Assembly: GCA_951406725.2 (NCBI GenBank)
Contig: OX597816.1
Coordinates: forward strand, 6,262,001 to 6,326,000
Direction of reading: 5' to 3'
Source of the DNA: Octopus vulgaris
Lineage: Eukaryota
Length of the DNA stretch: 64,000 nucleotides
Every line of letters starts with the position of its first letter. The stretch's first letter is position 1. The position numbers and the translations under genes were made by a program. The notes beneath the pieces are model-generated. The model had not been told where the DNA came from. It worked only from the letters and a program-made list of their open reading frames with translations, and did no database searches. Shown here piece by piece: positions 53,607 through 64,000 of this stretch.

Positions 53607-53748
53607 ATAAAATGGAAATGCTTACTCGAAACCTCAATATTGATATCATTGAAGGAGTCTTTACAGGAGAATGTGTTTGAAACTGTTTATTTTCAATGAA
53701 AAATCCTTAAAGTTAATGCTAGTATCAGATAATTGGATGACATGTTTA

Positions 53749-54012
53749 GTGCAGGCGTGTGGTTAAGGGGTGAGGGTAGACGGATCATGATCGTAAGATC
53801 GTGAGTTCAATTCCCGACAGAGTTGTGTCCTTGAGCAAGACACTTTATTTCACGTTGTTCAAGTCCACTCAGTTGGCAAAAATGTGTTTTATCTATAATT
53901 AGAAAGAGTCAGCTTCATCACAATCTTCGTCACACTGAATACCCCCTGAGAGCTGCATTAAGGGTACGCGGCTTTGTAAAGGGCTCAGCCATTTTCACGT
54001 TGATTTCATGAT
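53749..54012 (+). mobile_element. Old tRNA-derived SINE with tgtccttgagcaagacacttt core
   Basis: B-box gagttcaattccc; 3' body similar to family D. Confidence 0.65.
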
Positions 54013-55143
54013 ATGCTTATTAGCAGTCACATGAAGACGCACACACGCATGCTCGCACAGAAAAATATAAACAGAGAAGTCGGAACGAGAAACTGAAAAT
54101 TGTTGAGTTGTGGAGATTAAAGAATTCGATTCTCTTCGATATAAAAAAAATATAATATTATTATGTAAATAAGATGTAAATTAGAATTTTGTTTCGACAG
54201 TTATACAAAAACAGGCGTTATTGGTTTTCCTAATCCGATTAAAATTCGAATGAAAATTATCCATATCACTTTCTTTAAGATTTACATTAAAGCAGCGGAA
54301 GATAATGAATCGTGAATTAATTCAATGAATTCCGTGCAAGTTTCTCCTCTTTTTTTTTTTTTTTTTTTCCTACTATTGCATTCCCGAATTTAGTAACACG
54401 CAACAAAGGTGAATGGAACACGATATTGAAACACAATAATCTTCAACGAAAACCATGTTTATCCTAGCTAATGTTGCTTCAACACCAAGTACATTTTTTT
54501 TCATCGCTGTTTTGTGTTGATTACAAGCAACAAAGTGAAATGTTTTCTTTTTCTTATCTACCTTTCAAGAATTTGATTTTTTATGAAGTTAAACTAAACG
54601 ATTCTCTAATTTATCCTAAAACTAATCCGTTTAACACCTGAAATATCTCTATTCAGCGTTTCTTTTTCAACACCTTTTATAGTTAAAATTCTATTAGATT
54701 ATATATTATTGCACTTACTTCAATATTGATTCAAAATTTATTGAAAACAAAGAAAGAAAATTTCACTAAAATACATTAATCATAGAATCTTGAAAATAGA
54801 GACAAAAACATCGTCTGCTACTGAGAAATATCGTCCGCCATTTTCTTTCCTTCTTTCATCGTCGTCGTCTGCTACTTTTTCGTTTTCTTTTCTCTGCTAC
54901 TTCGTTCATCATTCTTCCTAACCACTTTAAGCTACTGAAGATTCCGTGAGGAAACTGAAGAAATGAAAAATCTGCTGATTCTCAGATCGCCTAAATCGAA
55001 GCTTACTGGAATGGTTTTCAAATGCTTACTCTTCATATTTTGTCCAATTTCAGTCCCAATCATAGACAAACCTTTAATGACCTTTCACTCGGCAGAACTA
55101 CAGCTCACTCCATTATCTATAACCAAACTTCTTTTTACGATAG

Positions 55144-55446
55144 TTCTTCTTCTTCTTCTTCTTCTTATTCTTCTTCTTCTTCTTCTTCTTCTTCTTCTTC
55201 TTCTTCTTCTTCTTCTTCTTCTTCGTCTTCTTCTTCGTCTTCTTCTTCGTCTTCTTCTTCGTCTTCTTTTTGGTCTTCTTCTTCTTCGTCTTCTTCTTCT
55301 TCTTCTTCTTCTTCGTCTTCTTCTTGGTCTTCTTCTTCTTCTTCTTCTTCTTCTTCTTCTTCGTCTTCTTCTTCGTCTTCTACTTCGTCTTCTTCTTCGT
55401 CTTCTTCTTCTTCTTCTTCTTCTTCTTCTTCTTCTTCTTCTTCTTC
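55144..55446. repeat. (TTC)n with periodic CGT/GGT interruptions
   Basis: Direct reading. Confidence 0.95.
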
Positions 55447-55639
55447 AACCTAAACATTGCTGTCTGTTGTCCCAAGACTCATAGGACAGGTCACACGGTT
55501 CCCATAGTGTATTTGGATTTGAATCTGCCAATTTTCAGTCCACTGCAGGACAAAGACCTCAGCAGGTTCTCTCTACCAACTACAGTCTGATGAGAAGGCT
55601 GTGAAGTTGAGCTTGAGATCATACTGGTTTCATGAGCCC

Positions 55640-55778
55640 ACTGGTTACTTATTTAATCGACCCCGAAAGGATGAAAGGCAAAGTCGGCCTCAGCGGAATT
55701 TGAACTCAGGACGTAAGAACTGACGAAATACCGCTAAGCATTTCAACCGACGTTCTCGCGATTCTACCAGGTCGCCCA
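55640..55778 (-). mobile_element. SINE family A, partial
   Basis: Core homology. Confidence 0.85.
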
Positions 55779-55804
55779 TGGTGTATAAGTGACCTAAATC
55801 ACCA

Positions 55805-55990
55805 ATTCCGCACCGTCCCCTACTGAACACGATGCCATTTCGTCACAGGGTTCCTCCTTTGCAGCTGAGTGTTCTGAAGCAATGGGAAATGAAGTGTTTT
55901 GCTCAAGGACACAAAGCACTGCCCAGTCTGAGAGTCGAAACAACGATGTTGTGACTACGAGTGCAACGCCCTAACCACTGGGCTACACAT
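55805..55990 (-). mobile_element. Old tRNA-derived SINE with tgtccttgagcaa core
   Basis: Head gtagcccagtggttagggcgttgcactcg. Confidence 0.65.
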
Positions 55991-56269
55991 AATTTTCTGG
56001 AATTATTCTACCGTTTATTTTCCAATGATTTAACAAGTTTTTTTTTTTTACAGTAAAGTTATACAGCGATTTCTACTCAATAAATGTGAATAATATTCTA
56101 TCAATAATTTTGGTAAATTCTAAATTGAATTAGCTCTTGCATATGACATATCTTTTATCGAACTTAGATAGAAGCAAGCGAAAACTAGCCAGGTAGATTT
56201 TGCCTTCGGAATCTTAGAAAGGCAAGTCTAAATGATAATTCTTTGTTTACACACAATGAATTAACATAT

Positions 56270-56571
56270 GTTTGTTCCTTCTCGAGCCATGCCTGGCTCA
56301 TAAGGGCCGGTTTTCCGGTTTCCTTCGCATATAGGTTCCCGACCTGGATGGGACGCCAGTCTGTCACACGTGAACTGCAAGATGCAGGAGGAAAGAGTGA
56401 GAGAAAGTTGTAGCGAAAGAGGCAGCAGAAGTTCGCCATTACCTTCTGCTGGAGCCGCATGGAACTTAGGTGTTTCGCTCAGAAACACACACATCGCCCG
56501 GTCTGAGATTCGAACCCACGATCCCTCGATCGCGAGTCCGCTGCTCTAACCACTAGGCCATGTGCCTCCAC
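56270..56571 (-). mobile_element. SINE family C, full length
   Basis: A-box tggcctagtgg, B-box ggttcgaatct; V-domain-like gactggcgtcccatccagg; 12-bp TSD gaattaacatat (56258-56269 / 56572-56583). Confidence 0.88.
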
Positions 56572-56660
56572 GAATTAACATATACCCCATATGAATAAAA
56601 TATGTGTGTGTATGGAGAGGCTAATCACTGCAAAGATACTACAATATAGTAGTAGCTTAT

Positions 56661-56880
56661 AAGGCGGCAAGTTGGGAAAATCGTTAGCGCGCCGGAGGAA
56701 ATGCTTAGCGACATTTCGTCTGTCATTACGTTCCGAGTTCAAATTCCGCCGAAATCAGCTTTGCCTTTTTAATCTTTCGGGTTCAATAAAATAAATACCA
56801 GTTGAGCACTGGGATCGATATAATCAACTTACCACTCCCCCAAAATTTCAGGTTGTGTGCCAAACTTTGAAATCAATATA
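56661..56880 (+). mobile_element. SINE family A, older subtype
   Basis: Homology; alternative tail cccccaaaatttcaggttgtgtgcc. Confidence 0.85.
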
Positions 56881-57556
56881 CAAGTGGCTGATGTAAATCA
56901 TTTATTTCTGCAAGTAGCGCACATTATTCTAATCGCGCAGTTCACTTCGATATGAAGAATAAGTATCGAGTATTTTCGGATTACCTTCTGCGAGAGTTTA
57001 ATGACAATTTTCACATCTACTTAAGAGATCTACTTAATCCAGAGAGTAACACTTGTTTTAAACCTTCACATTAACTCGCATAAATAGATTTTTTCCTCCG
57101 TTACTTTGTGGGCATTTGTATTTTTGCACGTGTTCTCTCTTCTTTATTGCTAATCATAAACCTCAAAGATCTTTCTGGTTTGTAGGATCACGATAATTGA
57201 TTTTAAAGCACTTAATTTGCAATTCATTTTAGAATCAACAGCCAGGAGGAAACGGTAGACAGAAACGCAATCAATGGTTGCGGGAGAGGGAGCCGTGGTG
57301 AATTAAGTATTTAGTATAAGAAGCCGGGTTGAAGAAACACATTATGGCTGACAGGAGGAAATCCAGTGCGAAGAATAGAATTCAGGTGTGGAGCTGTGTG
57401 GAGTTGCCAAGTTGAAAGGAAAACAGTTTAATGTCTTTGCAATAGAAGAGCAGAAGAGAATGGACGTAAATATAATTTGCATTAGCGAATGGCGTTTAAG
57501 AAATCCTCTTGGCAAAGTGAAATGATTAAAGCATAACAAAAGCATTATACAGACAT

Positions 57557-58075
<519 letters not shown>

Positions 58076-58557
58076 TCTAAATATACATATGTATTGCGTG
58101 TGTGTGTGTAGAGCGATTGTATTTCGTAGCCTCTGATATTCCACTAGCTTTTGCCCAGTGATGGTCCTCTCAGCCGACCGGAACACTAATTAATTCGAAG
58201 ACAGCTTGCAGCCATTGTATTCGAATCCTACAAAGTTTCTCTTCAATTCCAATCAAATCTCACCAGGTTCTTCATAAAAGGATTACGATTTTTCTCTGCC
58301 TCGAAGCAATGCTTTATCGGGATTCATGAAAAGCTGCAAGCTCCAAGGTCAAACTAGATTGTGTTCTGTGTTGATTGTATCTATTAGTATTACACGCTTT
58401 GAGATTGATACGTTGCAGCTGGCGAAGCCCAAACTACATCAGCATTTTGATCAAAAGTTTCCCGTTTCATATCCTAACACTCACCGACTCCCCTCTTTAT
58501 GCAATGACCCAAACATCGACTTCTTCGGTTTCCCAATTACATTATTTCGCGGTTGAT

Positions 58558-59137
58558 AAGGCGGCGAGCTGGCAGAATTGTTAGACGCCGGGCGAAATGC
58601 GCAGCCGTATTTCGTCTGCCGTTACGTTCTGAGTTCAAATTCCAACGAGGTCAACTTTGCCTTTCATCCTTTCGTGGTCGATTAAATAAGTACCAGTTAC
58701 GCACTGGGGTCGATATAATCGACTTAATCCGTTTGTCTATCCTTGTTTGTCCTCTCTCTGTGTAGCCCCTTGTGGGTAGTAAAGAAATAGGTATTTCGTC
58801 TGCCGCTATGTTCTGAGTTCAAATTCCGCCGAGGTCAACATTGCCTTTCATCCTTTCGGGGTCGATTAAATAAGTACCAGTTACGCACTGGGGTCGATAT
58901 AATCAACTTAATCCGTTTGTCTATCCTTGTTTGTCCTCTGTGTGTGTAGCCCGTTGTGGGTAGTAAAGAAATAGGTATTTCGTCTGCCGCTATGTTCTGA
59001 GTTCAAATTCCGCCGAGGTCGACTTTGCCTTTCATCCTTTCGGGGTCGATAAATTAAGCACCAGTTGGGCACTGGGGTCGATCTAATCGACTAGCCCCCA
59101 CTCCGAACATTTCGGGCCTTGTGCCTGGAGTAGAAAA
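58558..59137 (+). mobile_element. SINE family A trimer (one head, three bodies)
   Basis: Junctions aaagaaatag|gtatttcgtctgccg near 58791 and 58975; last unit has the older tail. Confidence 0.9.
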
Positions 59138-59946
59138 GTATATTTCGTGCTTAAAAATATCAATACTATTTCGTAATTGAAGAGCCCTTCATTTCAGGCC
59201 TTTATTTTAATTCTTTTCCTGTGTCATGACAAGAGAATGACAATCACAAGACCTACCAGTCCAAGACATAACAAAGGAATTTATAGTTTCTTAAGTTGTT
59301 CCTTTACATTCAAGCTTCAATTTGTAGAATCTGTTATACTACGAGTAAATAGAAATATAAGTATACCATATCTAATACAGTGACAAAGACAGGAATCTTG
59401 GATGGAAGGTGTTAGACTTTCACGCTGACCACAGGACTTGATTGTGGTATTATGTGTATACAGTCAATACGTTCGATAAAATAACCCCCACTAAATAAAT
59501 GAGACATATTTTATTCTCTTTTTGTAAATCACTAGATTAATTCAAGTAATTCAGACTCTATCCGTCATCATGTGATATAACAATCAGCTCTCTTTGTATA
59601 TTTCCCCGTTAGCTATGGACAAGAACGTTGTAACCCTTGGGGAAATAATGAAAACGAAACTAGAGTGTATAAATATCTCTTAAACACATTTAAACAATTT
59701 TGACAAAAGTGTGATCGAATGACAAATGGGGGTGAAATAACTCAAAACGTAGAAATTCACCAAAATATAACAAAATTAGATGAATGACCTGAAAAATAGT
59801 TCCGTCAGCATTAATAAGGTGTGTCGGAATTGTAGACAAATAATTGTTTAATGAAGATATATGTTCTGAAACATGATATCTGCAGAGTGATTTTCAAATA
59901 TTGAACATGACAACGAAAGGATTGCGGAATGTAAAGGCATTTCTAT

Positions 59947-60347
59947 GTTTTTACTCTTTTACTTGTTTCGGTCATTTGACTGTGGCCATGCTGGAGCACC
60001 GCTTTGAGTCGAGCAAATCGACCCCAGGACTTATTCTTTGTAAACCTAGTACTTATTCTATCTGTCTCTTTTGCCGAACCGCTAAGTTACGGCGACGTAA
60101 ACACACCAGTATCGGTTGTCAAGCGATGTTGGGAGAACAAACACAGACACACAAACATACACACACACACACATATATATACAACGGGCTTCTTTCAGTT
60201 TCCGTCTACCAAATCCACTCACAAGGCTTTGGTCGGCCCGAGGCTATAGTAGCAGACACTTGCCCAAGGTGCCACGCAGTAGGACTGAACCCGGAATCAT
60301 GTGGTTGGTTAGCAAGCTACTAACCACATAGCCACTCCTGCGCCTAT
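59947..60347 (-). mobile_element. SINE family B, full length
   Basis: Homology. Confidence 0.92.
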
Positions 60348-60589
60348 GTTAGTCGTAATCTCAAGATAATGATCTGACAAAATGGGAAGAGCGTCGGGGA
60401 GAAGCGCCTTATAGTGTCCCTTCCGTCTCTTGGTGCTTTGAGTTTAATTCCCGCCTCAACTTTACTGTTCACCATTCAGGAGATCGATACAGTCAAGAAC
60501 CAATCAATCAACTGGAATCGATATCAGCGATATCGATTAAGCCCCTCACGTCATAATTACTGGGCTTCTGTCTTAATCAGAAGTAATTA

Positions 60590-60990
60590 TTAGTTTCAAA
60601 TTTTCGCACAAGGCTAACAATGACGGCGGAGGGGGCAAGCCGATTACATCGACCCCAGTGGCAGAATCGTTAGCACGCCGGGCGAAATGTGTAGCCGTAT
60701 TTCGTCTGCCGTTACGTTATGAGTTCAAATTCCGCCGAGGTCGACTTTGCCTTTCTTCCTTTCGGGGTCGATAAATTAAGTACCAGTTACACACTGGGGT
60801 CGATATAATCGACTTAATCCGTTTGTCTGTCCTTATTTGTCCCCTCTGTGTTTAGCCCCTTGTGGGTAGTAAAGAAATAGGTATTTATTTCATTGACCCT
60901 GGAAGGATAAAAAGGCAAAATCGACCCCAGCAGCATTTGAACTCAGAATGTAAAGTCGGAAAAAATGCCGCTAAGCATTTTGCTCGCCGC
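60590..60990. mobile_element. Young plus-strand SINE A (60659-60880) nested in an older minus-strand SINE A
   Basis: Old copy split at cgaccccagtg / ggtatttattt. Confidence 0.85.
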
Positions 60991-61387
60991 TTTTCAGTTC
61001 GAAGTTTTTACTAATTTACAATGTTAGATTGATGGATTTGTAGAGAAGTTGAGTATCGAACAAAATGTCATCTGCTATTTCTTCCGACTGTACGTTCTGA
61101 GTTCGAATCACGCCTGCATTTACTTTGCCTTTCATCTTTTCGTATCCGATAAAACTAAGTACCAGTCAAGTAGAGTAATCAATGGTTACCGTCAAATCCT
61201 GTCTCTAGTTTCAGCTAATGAGTCTCTGCGGGAAAAAAATCATTACGTTTGTCATCTTCAGTGTAACATCTGTGTTTTTGGTTTCGCTTTGGGTTTTGAT
61301 TGGTTTGTTTGTTTGTTGTTTTTTTTGGTATTTTGCTTTTGTTTTGTTTGTTTGTTTTTGTCAAGAATGATATAAATAACTGTTCAT

Positions 61388-61558
61388 CGGCGCAGGAGTA
61401 GCTGTGTGGTGAGTGACTTGCTTCCCTACCACATGGTTCCGGGTTCGTTCCAACTGCGTGGCACCTTGGGCAAGTGTCTTCTACTATGGCCGCGGGCCGA
61501 CCAAAGCCTTGTGAGTGGATTTGGTAGACGGAAACTGAAAGAATCCCGTTATATATAC

Positions 61559-61595
<37 letters not shown>

Positions 61596-61815
61596 CGTGT
61601 GTGTGTGTGTGTGTGTGTGTGTCTTCCCTCCATCGCACGACAACCAATGTCGATATGTTTACGTCCCAGTAACATTAGCGGTTCGGCAAAAGGGACCGAT
61701 AGAATAAGTACTAGGTTTACAAAGAATAAGTTCCAAGGTCGATTTGTTCGACTAAAAGTGATGCTCCAGCATGGCCGCAGTCAAATGAGTGAAACAAATA
61801 AAAGAATAAAAGTGC
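61388..61815 (+). mobile_element. SINE family B
   Basis: Homology; internal (TG)n. Confidence 0.9.
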
Positions 61816-61896
61816 AAAAGAATTTAAACATGACATTATAGAATATAAATCCCCGCTCTTTCTCTCCTTCTCAGTACCTCTCTCCCCCTCTCCCTC

Positions 61897-61929
<33 letters not shown>

Positions 61930-62148
61930 TCTTTCTCTGTGCCTCGTCTGCCCCACAAATCTAATACGTTGTTTATTTTTCAAAAACGTTTTTTTCTTTT
62001 CCATATCCAAAAAGCATTTTCAAAGAATACATAAATTGACTAAGGCCCAGAAACTTTATGTCTTCAAATCTCGCCAGGAAAATTAGTACCAGTAACATAA
62101 TAGGGTGTATTCAACCGTTTGTTTCAAAGTTAAAAAGAACTCAAAATA

Positions 62149-62444
62149 CGTTATTTACATATGCCCGTGGGCATATGGCGTAGGGGTTAAGAGCGCGGGC
62201 TACTAACCCCAAGACTCCGAGTTCGATTCTAGGCAGTGACCTGAATAATAATAAAAATAACAATAATAATAACATCGAAAAATACCTTAGGAATGAGAAC
62301 CCAGGTTCTCATTTCCCCAAACTACCTGATGAAGGCTGGAGGGTATATCAGCCGAAACGTTGTGTTAACAATAAACAAGATGAGGACAAATATCCGTCAA
62401 ATGTAAATAATGTAAATAATTCCGCATCTCTTAAACATAGAATT
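62149..62444 (+). mobile_element. tRNA-headed element containing a hammerhead ribozyme (candidate HHR-SINE / Pol III retrozyme)
   Basis: A-box tggcgtagggg 62176-62186, B-box gagttcgattct 62219-62230, HHR 62321-62366, flanking direct repeat gaactcaaa (62137-62145 / 62445-62453). Confidence 0.75.
62321..62366 (+). ncRNA. Minimal type I hammerhead ribozyme
   Basis: CTGATGA(62326)-a-ggctg-gagggtatat-cagcc-GAAA-CG-TT-gtgtt; stem III reduced to palindrome ACGU. Confidence 0.75.
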
Positions 62445-63169
62445 GAACTCAAATATTTCTTTAACTAAACAATATTAAATTTGCTAAGTTGAAACCTAAG
62501 TTAGTTCGTTCAATTGAATCAGGTTTTGTTTTGTTTTGTTTTGTTTGTTTTTTTGAAGACCACAAATACCATTTCTTATCATCAACGCCATCCTACTGCC
62601 GCCATGTTCTCTTTTGATTTATAGATTGTATTCAGCTTGGCAACATTATCGAAAAGCGTGAGCAAAATATCTCTTGTTATTATCTATATTTGACAGAAAT
62701 AATTAACATTGCAATAACATATATACTTCTTTCTGCAGATAATATATAATTCTAGATTTTCCTCTCTTATGAATTCTGAAGAAAATAAACTAGAAAAATT
62801 GAATTTGTAATGAACAAATTTCCTTATTTTATTACTCCCTGTCGGAGCAGGGTGCAATATTTGTTAAAACTCTAAAACAGCTGGGTTAGCCGCGATTGAG
62901 GCCTGCATAGAAATTTCACTCTTCCTTTGCTTAAGTTAATATTGGATTTATTTCCAGCACGTACCAGCAGACGACTGGCTTCTCCACAAATGTCTCATAA
63001 ATTATGGCCCTGACTTACTGATGTCGGATAACTCTTCGTCTTCCAAAAGTCTCCAAATATGTATGAAAGTAATAGAAAAAGAACTTACTACACTTTTCAT
63101 AATTTTACTTTACTTTTGTAACTTCTTATTAATGGTAAATTTCAGTCAGAGGGAATGCAGTAAAATTAA

Positions 63170-63803
63170 TGGTAAGAAACGTTAGCACGCCGGGCGAAAT
63201 GCTTCGAGGTATTTCGTCCGCAGATGGCGGCGAGCAGACAGAATCGTTAGCACGCCGGGCGAAATGCGTAGCCGTATTTCGTCTGCCGTTATGTTCTGAG
63301 TTCAAATTCGCCGATGTCGACTTTGCTTTTCATCCTGTCGGGGTCGATAAATTAAATACCAGTTACGCACTGGGGTCGATGTAATCGACGTAATCCGTTT
63401 ATCTGTCCTTGTTTGTCCTCTCTGTGTTTAGCCCCTCGTGGGTAGTAAAGAAATGGGTATTTCGTCTGCCGTTACGTTCTGAGTTCAAATTCGGCCGTGG
63501 TCAACTTTGCCTTTCATCCTTTCAGGGTCGATTAAGTAAGTCCCAGTCACGCACTGGGGTCGATATAATCGACTTAATCCCTTTCTCTGTCCTTGTTTGT
63601 CCTCTCTGTGTTTAGCCCGTTGTGGGTAGTAAAGAAATAGGTATTTCGTCCGTCTTTTCATTCTGAGTTCAAATTCCACCGAGGTCAACTTTACCTTTCA
63701 TCCTTTCGGGATCGATAAATTAAGTACCAGTGACTTAATCCGTTTGTCTGTACTTGTTTGTCCCCTCTATGTTTAGCCCCTTGTGGGCAGTAAAGAAATA
63801 GGT
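63170..63803 (+). mobile_element. Nested SINE family A multimer
   Basis: Old head, then full SINE dimer (63226-63639) flanked by TSD ggtatttcgtccg (63208-63221 / 63640-63652), then remainder of host copy. Confidence 0.88.
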
Positions 63804-64000
63804 AAGATCTCAAAGAGAGATATTACTCTGACGCATTTTTGAGTACTGGTTGTACTTAGTTCACGTCAAGGATACATCACTAATGGTTTTGTAAATAACA
63901 TAGTCCAACCGATATTTGCTTCTTCCTTAAAATTTTAAAACTTCCTCTCAGTTGAAAAGAAAATTGATATCAGTATTATTGAAAAACAGGTACGAAGTCA

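Noticed and set aside
54935-54962. CTGAAGA...GGAAA as a possible hammerhead
   Set aside because: GAAA overlaps the only available stem; no stems I or III
54963-55590. Poly-Leu/Ser/Phe ORFs
   Set aside because: All three frames are open only because of the TTC repeat
55583-55626. CTGATGA with cagt/actg flanks as a possible hammerhead
   Set aside because: GAGA instead of GAAA, poor stem II and no proper stem III/NUH register
58558-59137. CRISPR-like or satellite array
   Set aside because: Units are SINE bodies with no unique spacers; eukaryotic context
62170-62240. Functional tRNA gene (also considered for 56500-56571)
   Set aside because: No acceptor stem or terminator; embedded in TSD-flanked repeats, so treated as SINE heads

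Overview
AT-rich, microsatellite-saturated eukaryotic (animal) genomic DNA. The repeat families look like those of an octopus/cephalopod genome, which is an inference from sequence style only. No intact protein-coding gene is evident, and almost all ORF-track entries are microsatellite or SINE artefacts. The window is a dense mosaic of transposable elements. It holds at least four tRNA-derived SINE families (about 30 copies), remnants of R4/Dong, HERO, CR1-like and RTE LINEs, Penelope-like elements (Neptune-type and probably Hydra-type GIY-YIG), a DD41D Tc1/mariner, a mariner fold-back, several MITEs and two non-autonomous Helitrons. The most striking unannotated signal is about 13 type-I hammerhead ribozyme (HHR) motifs. 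Five have a canonical CUGANGA core, and all have family-specific palindromic stem III sequences. One lies inside a TSD-flanked, tRNA-headed (Pol III) element at 62149-62444, a candidate hammerhead SINE / Pol III retrozyme. A second notable pattern is a SINE family that repeatedly inserts into its own internal GGTATTTCG site and forms multimers.
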